Shown: in pieces, positions 55,040 through 64,000 of the stretch
Numbering within the stretch: the first letter of the stretch is position 1
Layout of the letters: every line of letters starts with the position of its first letter
Assembly: GCF_006345805.1 (NCBI RefSeq)
Contig: NW_021836146.1
Location: 62,001 to 126,000 of the forward strand
Direction of reading: 5' to 3'
Length of the DNA stretch: 64,000 bases
Origin: Octopus sinensis
Taxonomy: Eukaryota
Position numbers and translations under genes: made by a program
The notes under the pieces: model-generated
The model's input: only the letters and a program-made list of their open reading frames with translations
What the model was told of the DNA's origin: nothing
Database searches by the model: none

Positions 55040-55668
55040 TGAAAATATCAAAAGTCACATAGGTTACACAGTGGAACAATGTACATGTGGGTAATGTCAG
55101 TGTGCATGTATGACAGAGTGTAAATCATTTAAGAGAAAGATTGGGTATGTGAGGCATCAGAAGTAGTGTGCAAGAGAGAAGACTGTGATAGTATGGTCAT
55201 GTGATGTATACGGATGAGGACAGCTGCATTAAGAAGTATTGATCTTTAATTGGGGAGGGAACATGTAGAAGGGGTAGACCTAGGGAAGACATGGGACAAA
55301 GTGATGAGAAAGGATCATCACATGATGGGCTTCACAGAGGAAATGACAAAGGACTGAGACTGTCTATGCATACAGGCATGTCCTCTATATCCCTCTCAGC
55401 CAAAAGATCATAGTCTTGCAGGCTTATGGGTGCTGGTGCCATGTAAAAGGACCCATACTGACACCACATAAAGGCACCCATGCCAGTGTCATATAAAAGC
55501 ACCCAGTACACTCTGTAAAGTAGTTGGTATTAGAAAGGGGATCTAACCATGTCAAAGGAGACAAATGGAGGCTGAGCAGCTCTTCAGCTGGCCAGCTCCT
55601 GTCAAACCATCCAATTCATGCCAGCATGGACAACGGATGTTAAATAGTACTGATGAGGATGATAATAG
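55040..55668 (+). mobile_element. RTE LINE 3' end with 3' UTR
   Basis: Decayed MxNVSVH...V..LRE.LG...I...VQERRL..YGHV.xxDEDSCIKK..GRP..TWD, then the UTR modules shared with the SINEs and a GATGAGGATGAT tail. Confidence 0.75.
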
Positions 55669-56734
55669 TGAAATAATGTAGATGATTGTGAACTTACTTA
55701 GATGTTATCTTATTTCACAATTCAAACCCCAGCAAAAGCAACTTTATATTCAAGGAATACCCATTAATTCTGCTAAATATATCTCCTTTCTTCACAATGC
55801 TGATACTTCTCCAGGTCAAAAGAAATAATTGTAGTGGACATGAAGAAAATTTCTTTAGTCCTTACATACATCTGCTGTTCAAACGTCTAGCTTTGTTTCT
55901 TTATGTATTCCTAATGAGTAACTCATAAAAATTTTAGGAGTTAATCATTTTATAAGGGATGTTGTTGGTTGTTGAGTTTTTTGTGCATGTTTTTATTTTG
56001 TGTATTTTTTTTTTGTTTTTTAACTGGTTTGATCTGGATGAATGTCCTTTGCAAGCCCACTGTATTCAGCGAAGATCTATGTGGATGGTGCTCCTCTTGA
56101 ATACCAATAAGTTAAAGGTAGTAACATAAACATGGGAACAGAGGAAATTTCAGTTTGCTGACATTCAGGAGAGAGAAAGTTTGAGGCCTGAGGAGCGTTG
56201 TGGCAGTATGTTTAGAGATTAGACAGTTGATTTGTAATATTTCATTCTTGAATCCAATCAACAACTACAATATTTGATTATAGTATTAATTTTATCAACT
56301 TGATAAGATGAAAGGTTAAATTGAGCTTAATGACATTCTAAATCATCTCTATAGTTTCCATATTTGATATCAGCATAAAGCCTACTACATTGCCAAGTAG
56401 TTTAAAAAGAGCATTATTTTGCTTCATTATTGAATATTTCAAGTTACATATTTCAAAAATACTTTTGTTATAATGTTTGCATTTTCATTGTTGTAACTGT
56501 ATGGAAGACGACATCTATTGCAAAGTATTATGATTTGATTTGATTCTTAAAATTATTTGATTATCTATTGTGTTTATTCAAAACTTGCAAACAAATATTT
56601 GCTCACCTTACGTAGATAAGATATATGTTTATAGATGGATATCATATGACTTTAAAATATTGGTACTTGGAAATTTCGTGAAATCATATATCTTTCAAAT
56701 CCAAATCTTCACCTGTTTGAATTATTTATATCAT

Positions 56735-57240
56735 ATCATCATCATTTAACATCTGTCTTCCATGCATGCATGGGTAAGACAGTTGACAGGGGTGAGCCAG
56801 ATAGAAAACTACCCTAGGCGACTATGTCTGTTTTGGCAAGGTTTTTACAGCTGGATACCCTTTCTAATATCATCCACTCTGCAGAGTAGACTCAGTGCTT
56901 TTCCAGGACATTAGCACAGGTGAGGTTAGTTTTGGCATGATTTTTACAACTGGATGCTCTTACAAATGTCAACCACCTTACAGTGTGGGCTGGATGCTTT
57001 TTACGTGGCACAGCATTGGCAGGAACACCAAGTAACTCGCAAGACAAGGAATAATGAGAGGGGCAAAGGTATCTGAGAAGGGGAAATTGTGTCAGAGGCT
57101 GAAAAGTTAGAGTGACAAAGAGGCAGAGGCAGAAACAGGTGTCTTGCTATAATCGAGGGAGCATTGGAGGAGATGATCTGGTTTTAGATGATGAAAGGTT
57201 AGGGTGTGACATAGAAATAGAGAGGCACAAATTGCTAGTG
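56735..57240 (-). mobile_element. SINE/RTE 3'-UTR family copy, inverted
   Basis: CATCATCATTTAACATCTGTCTTCCATGC..CAGTTGACAGG..CTGGATGC.. is the reverse complement of the 55400-55668 motifs. Confidence 0.75.
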
Positions 57241-57580
57241 TGAAAATTACAAAATAACATAGGCAGCTATACACAATATAAAATCAAAAAGAAAAAATTC
57301 AATTGTCACTAATTGTAACAGAGGGTGCTAGGTAGCACCTATATTGCCAGAAGTAAGAGTTAAATCCTTAGAACTACAAGGAAGCATATTTTCATATACT
57401 GACAGGGGAGATAACTATCCTATAAGCAAAACTAGAACACTGGACTAGACTAATTTCATTGGAAGAATTGCAGACTCATCACCAGTAACTATTCCATAAC
57501 TGAATGGCTTCACTAAATCCAGATGGTCAGTATATATATTTACCGTATAAATTCATAGGTGAGTTAGAAAAATGCTAGTG

Positions 57581-57623
<43 letters not shown>

Positions 57624-58819
57624 TTACACTAGTGAAATGTCAATTTTCGAAGAACGTTCTATTATTTTAATAGTGAAAGTATTATATGAGATTAATGAAA
57701 CTGCTTTGTAAAATCCGGAGATTGAAAAGAATTCTACATGCACTCTACTACTCAACCTATTCAATCAATGCTAGAAATAATTTGTCAAAATTTCAAATAA
57801 ACTTTTTCACTGGCTAATAATTATATCCTAAATGTTATCTTCACTATAATCATCAACAGTTTAATGGTCCGCTTTATGCCAATGTATGTTAGATGGCTGT
57901 GCATAATAAGCTCTCTCATTTGGGTAATAATTATAAATAAAAATAGGAAATGAAATAATTATCGAGAAATACACTGGTATTCAAGTGTTAATTCTTTATT
58001 TCATTAATTAGTTAATTTCATTAACTAATTGAATTTTTTCCCCAAAAAAATAAGGATGGTGGATGATGAAATCATAAATCAGTTTAGATCAGTAATAAAA
58101 CTACGCATATAGTTTTTTTTTATCATTTAATTGCTAAAAAAAATCCTATTTGAAGTCTGCCAATCTATAACACAAAAATAAATAAGAAATAACAATCTCA
58201 GTTTCATTTTAAAATAGTTTAGCCATATTTGCATGCGTGTATCTGTCAGAATTTTCAAAAAGCCTCAAGAAATATCAGAGTCTACAAATGTATGAATCAT
58301 TAGGGCACATCATGTAAACTGACCAATTTATAAAAGAGTACAGCTATGAGCTTTATCAGCAAAACTGAAATGAGAGTTGACAAGAATTTTTCTAGATAAA
58401 ATAGTCCCAAGGTATCAAAATTTAGTCAACCTTCAAGAGAAATAAGTATTAACTACATTGCCAAGTATATCATCAAACATAATCACAGCTGTAGTCAGAG
58501 CTATGAATATATCATTTTACAAAATATATGAAGAAATTAATTTCAAGGATCTAGAGCACAAGTCTATGAGTGCTAGATAAACATCAAGAGTTTCATTGAT
58601 TGACTGATGAAAGAAACAATACTGTTAAAAAGTTAAAAATTATTGTGATCCCTAGTCAGTAGTTAATGGAGATAGGGCTTCCTCTGCTTGTTTCATGTAG
58701 AATAATGTGTTTGTGTGTGTTTGTTTGTGTGTGTGCACATGCATTGTTAGCATAACTCCTAAAGGAGTTCTTGAAGAATATTATTTTCTCTCTCATCTTA
58801 TCATGGATAATTTTACTAT

Positions 58820-59180
58820 TCATCATCATCATCGTCCATTTTCCATGCTGGCATGGGTTGGATAGCTTGACTGGAGCTGACCAGTCAAGGATCTGTCCAG
58901 ACTCCAATTATATGTTGTGGCATGGTTTCTAGAGCTGGATGCCTTTCCAAATGCCAACCACTTTACTGAGTGTGCAGAGTGCTTTTTACATACCACCAGC
59001 ATAGATGCGGTCATGCAGTACCAGCATGAGTGGATTTTATGTGGCACTGGCACCTGTAAAGGATAAGCCTGTATTTATGGATGGCAGTGATTTCACTTGG
59101 CTTGACATATTTTCTCAAGTACAGCACATCATCACAACTCCCAGTTCCTTTTCATTTCCTCAGTGAGGCCCAGTGTTAGC
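58820..59180 (-). mobile_element. SINE/RTE 3'-UTR family copy, inverted
   Basis: CATCATCATCGTCCATTTTCCATGCTGGCATGGGTTGGATAG..CTGGATGCCTTTCCAAATGCCAACCACTTTAC. Confidence 0.8.
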
Positions 59181-59479
59181 TTGCATATATCTCTCCTTTT
59201 AATAATTCACAAGAGAATGTAAATTCTGCAAAGCAAAGTAATGAAACAGGAGTCAGTGACAGAGCTCTTTACTGAAAAACAGATGATTCAGAAGTTTGCC
59301 TTACAACCACAATGTCCCATGTTCAATCCTGCTGTTGCCATCTTAGACAAATGTCATTTTCTATACCCTTTGTTTAACTCCAACATTGTGAACAAAAACA
59401 TAGGGGGCAGAAACTGTACAACCCAGCTACAATTATCCAGTTGATGTTTAAACAAGCTATTTAGTATTGGTACAGTTAT

Positions 59480-59870
59480 GATTATGTGGTTAAGTTTGCT
59501 TCCCAACAATTTTGGTTTCAGGTTTAGTCCCACAGCATGGCACCTTGGACAATCCTCTTCTACTATGAGTGAATTTGGTAAATGGAAACTGAAAGAAGTA
59601 AGTTGTGTGTATGTGCATGTTCATGTCTCTCTCTCGCTCTCTCTCTCTTCATTTTGACACTGCATAATGGTTGCAAATGAGTGTCACTGTCACAAAAACA
59701 GTATCATTCATCTCTAATCTTCCATGAAACCATGTTTAATCATGAGAAAATATTACCTGGCTCAAAAGTGAATGAGAGTTAGTAAAAGGATAGGTATCTG
59801 GCCATAGAAAATCTGCATCAACAAATTCCTTATGAACTTTGCATGGAAAAATGAATGTCATGATGATGAT
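59480..59870 (+). mobile_element. tRNA-headed SINE with (GAT)n tail
   Basis: ATGTGGTTAAGTTTGCTTCCCAAC..GGTTTAGTCCCACAGCATGGCACCTTGG head and TGCATGGAAAAATGAATGTCATGATGATG tail. Confidence 0.65.
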
Positions 59871-62832
59871 GGTGGTGTGTATTGGTTTTTCAGAAGCAGT
59901 TAGAAGATTTAACATTGGAAATAATGTGTGAAGAGAATTGTTGTAACAAATTAATAAATAAATGGGAATTTTGCTTTTGTGTTTTTTTAAAACTATTTTG
60001 CTGGAAAGTCTAATATCAGTATGCTTTTTGTTATCTTATTAATCTGGAGAGAGAGAAAAATGAATATGTGGAAAAAAATATCTTCAGAAATATAGGACAA
60101 ATTAATTATATTAAGTCATAGCTTTAATCTCATCATCTTTCAGTTTTTCCTATTTTAGCTAGTTTTTATTTATATATTCCTAGTTCTATCAGCTGCCCAG
60201 TCTAGCATTTTTCACCTGCTTTAGTACTCTCTCTCTCTCTCTCTCTCTCTCACCTACCTTAGTACTCTCTCTCTCTCCCTCACTCTCACATACATATCAG
60301 TTATTACAAAAAAAACAAATCACTCTTGACATTCTACTACTATATTCTTCAAGACCACTCCAGTCAGTCTCTCTGTTTCTCTCTCTATCTCTCTCTCCCT
60401 CCCTATCTCTTACTCTCTCTCCCTATGCTGTTCTCTCTCTCTTTTTCCTGACTTCATTTGTTTCATGAGTACCAAAAGGCATACTTATGTGGTTAAGAAG
60501 TTCTTATATGGTTTCCAGTTCAATCCTATTCCTAATTATAAGCTAAAAGTTGTTAATTCATTTCAAATTAGCCTCTTATTTTAAGAGTAATGAATGGGAC
60601 AATATGTTCCTTTGTGTAGAAATATATAGCAATGTGAAGTTTGATGTTGACATTTACCACACTTTTATGTCTATACATTTACCCCACTACCATCTTTTGT
60701 GCCTCTACACAACCACTATTTCATAATTCTGTAAACGATCTTCAAGTTGTAGCCATCTGTACTGAATAGCCCTTGATTTAACGCATTGTCTCCATTCTAA
60801 GATATACAGAAATAAAAAATCCAGAAAAATAAATTTTGTAGTTTTTCTTTCTCTCTATATCTTTATACTTCTCTATCTTCACAACTTGCTTAGTCTACTT
60901 TTTCTGGTGTCCTCCACTGCATGTTATTTTATTTCTTCTTTCTATAACAGAGACATTATCAAAGCATTGCTTTGCAAACTCAGCTTAGAGAAAGTTCATT
61001 GTCATTCTGTAACATTTGAAGAGTCCAGGATGTTGTTAAACAAGTTAAACTGATCTAATGAAGAAGTCTAAGTGGTCATTTGACCTACTACAATCATCAA
61101 CAAAATCTCCCTCAAGTTACACTTTAACATCTTAAAAAAGGAAATACATTTTACAACACAGTCTTACATAGAATATTTGAAAAAAGACAATGATTGTCAT
61201 GCGTGGAATATCCACGATTGAGCATGATAGGTCTGCAAGGTCAATACTGGGGATTAAACAACAACAAGGTAAATACATCCTTCTAGGTGTGAGACCAGAA
61301 CTTTATAGCGAAAAATGTTTAACAAGTGAATGCCAAAATATTCAATTTACAGCAATTTTAAATTAATTCATTTATTACCAACATAACTGGTATATGGTGT
61401 TTGATATTCATGTAATCTATCCTATTATATTAATCAGATGAAAGTCAACTGCCAATTGTCTAGTTTCATACTGATTAAAATACTCAGGGGAAATCTCTGA
61501 GACGATATCAAAAGCTTTTAAATATTTTATCATTCTCCATTAAATGTTCTTTCTAAATGTTTATCGCTAAACAAGGTAACATATCAAAGTTGACATGATA
61601 AGCAACAGAATGTATCATATTTCTTTGGAGGATAAAGTATATTATTAATAACAAAATTGATCAGATATGAACAAGAAATGAGCTAAACATATAAATACAG
61701 TAGAAATCCACATGGTCATCAGATAATTCTATAGGTCATAACTCTGCTGTTATCCTTTCACCATAAATCAGCAGTGCATAGGTCATTTGTTGACAATATA
61801 TGTCTAAAGCAGTATTGTAGATCTGCTCATCTGTAACCAAGTATCCATACAAAAGTGATAACGATATTTCTTATTTGTATTCAGGATAATTGTTAGTTGC
61901 AAAGACTACATCATTGTGTCACGAACACATTGTGTTATTATTTGATATATAGTTAGAGAGTCAAGTAATTTCCTCATATCAAGTCAATAGAATCAACATT
62001 GAAAGGGAAAAGTGATAAGAGGAGTTAGTTGCCAGTTCATAGAATTATTAAAGCATGAGGCTAGGTAGATTCTGTTTAGCAGAAGGCTAAATAGCACTTA
62101 GGTATTGCTGTTGAGGAAGTCCACTATTCATTATTAGATAGAATGATGATAAAACAGATAAACATAAAAGAGTGAATGAAGTTGTGGGGATTGAACAAAC
62201 AAAAGTTCATTCAATCAGCCATTACATGTCATATATTACAACTTCTCAGTAATTGTATGTAGATGCATGACACAACATGAGCAGATAGTCATGGAGTTTC
62301 TGGGTTGCTTACACTTCAGAGTTTCCATTTTAAACATACTGAAATGATCCGAAAGAAAGATATTAAACGTATTATTTGGAGAGGCAATGGAGTGCTTGTA
62401 ACAAAGGATGTACAAACACATGTCGATCATTAATTTTACAAAATAGATATAGTGTATACCACTGGAAGTGAAAGGCTACACTCAACAAAAAGCTCTATCT
62501 GAAATAATAAATTTGTTTCTCTACGCAATGCATCAACGTATTCAACATTTGATCTCTAATTGAATTCTTTGTTTGTTGGAGGGTTAGGATTGGGGGGGGG
62601 ATATTTTTAGGAGGGGGTGGGGGTCTGAGTTGATTCAGACAATTATTACTTCGCTCTAAGTCTAAAGCTTTCAAAAGTTTTAATAAATCTAGGTGGCTAC
62701 ATTTTTCAGACCCATCACAAAATTTTAATCAGAGGGCAATCTACAGTAATTACTTTGTCTCATCACTTCCAAATTACATAATATTCTACCAATTGTATTT
62801 ATTTAAAATCAGCATCAAATACATAGATGCAG

Positions 62833-63110
62833 GCAAGGCTGTGTGATAAGAAGTTTACTTCTTAACCACATAGTTTTAAATTCAGTGCCATGAAGCCTGT
62901 CATACGCCACCTTGGAAAGCAGACATTAAATGAGTGTATGTTTGCCCCTCTACCCCACTGTTACCACCATTTGACAACCAATGCTAGTTTATTTACATCC
63001 CATTAGTAGTTAGGCAAAAGAGACAATAGTAAAAGTACTAGGCTTTAAAAAATAACTAGTGGGATTTATTCATTCAACTAAAACCCTTCAAGACAATGCC
63101 TCAGCTCTGT
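62833..63110 (+). mobile_element. tRNA-derived SINE, degenerate
   Basis: Homologous to 42922-43265. Confidence 0.6.
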
Positions 63111-63844
63111 CACAGTCTAATAACAAAAGCAAGTAAGAGATAAAAGAAATATATATTTCTTTTATTAGCAAAGACAACACGAGTTTTTAACAATCTCATG
63201 GTACAAAATTTTAAGACAACTAATAAGAATTTGTGGTAATATAACGTTTTTGTAAGTTCAAACAAAATCAAAGAACTGGCCACACTTAACTCACATTTCA
63301 TTATTAATTACATTTATCAGATAATTACATGATAATTTAAAAAAGAAATACCTAATATTTCAGCAGTAGCAACATTTTAAATATCATTTCCAAAAAAATC
63401 TATCACTTTTTATTTTGATTATTATTACTATTATTATTTAATCAGAACAGCAATGGCTTGGTAGAATCAGTAAGTTATTGGTTTATATGCAGTTTCTCCT
63501 CTCAACAAAGCTTTTTACGGTTCATCTCTTTTGACTTCCAAGGTCTTTCAATTTCTCATTAAAAGAACTTCAGCAAGTGTATACAATGTTATTGATGCAG
63601 TTCATATGTTATGTTCTAGCTACTCTTGAACACAGTTGAAATTATATAAAGAATCTGAAAAATATTAAATTACTTTTTAACACATCTCTATAGCTATAAA
63701 TGTATTGAATTTTCTTAGACAGGTTCAGACACTGTGAAATTACATAGGTTTAACTTCTACTTTGTGCTTAAAGGTAGCTAAGTATTATATAAAGGAATGG
63801 ATACTTGTTATCTGAAAAATGTATCTTTCAAATGACACATTCCT

Positions 63845-64000
63845 GAGGGTCTTTTATTTTTTACTTGTTTCAATCACTGGGCTGTGGCCATGCTGGGGCA
63901 CTATTTTGGAGGGTTTAGTTGAACAAATCAACCCAGGACTCACTTATTATATCAGCCTCTTTTGCCAAACTGCTAAGTTATAAACAAACCAACACCACTA
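63845..64000 (-). mobile_element. SINE 3' portion, truncated by the window edge
   Basis: TTTACTTGTTTCAATCACTGGGCTGTGGCCATGCTGGGGCAC is homologous to 18718-18770. Confidence 0.65.

Noticed and set aside
56028-56060. DLDEC..HC, resembling a calcium-binding EGF start
   Set aside because: There is no upstream acceptor and the remaining EGF cysteines are missing.

Overview
AT-rich, microsatellite-laden eukaryotic DNA that reads as intronic or intergenic. The repeat families (tRNA-headed SINEs, RTE LINEs with (GAT)n tails, dense TA/CA/GA arrays) look like an octopod cephalopod genome; this is inferred from recalled repeat motifs, not from a search. No protein-coding gene could be named. The long ORFs in the track are either low-complexity artefacts or decayed transposon ORFs. 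The supportable content is mobile DNA: RTE and CR1/L2-like LINE fragments, several SINE families, an internally deleted mariner, two non-autonomous Helitrons (one nested in a SINE), piggyBac-, Tigger- and hAT-type MITEs, a Helentron-like element, and long palindromes embedded in TA arrays. The most interesting signals are (1) two minimal type I hammerhead-ribozyme motifs of the Penelope/retrozyme kind at 11475-11532 and 18244-18281, (2) a consensus recursive-splice-like AG|GTAAGT site on the minus strand at about 41719-41747, and (3) scattered phase-compatible candidate exons hinting at a long-intron gene. The exon calls are speculative.
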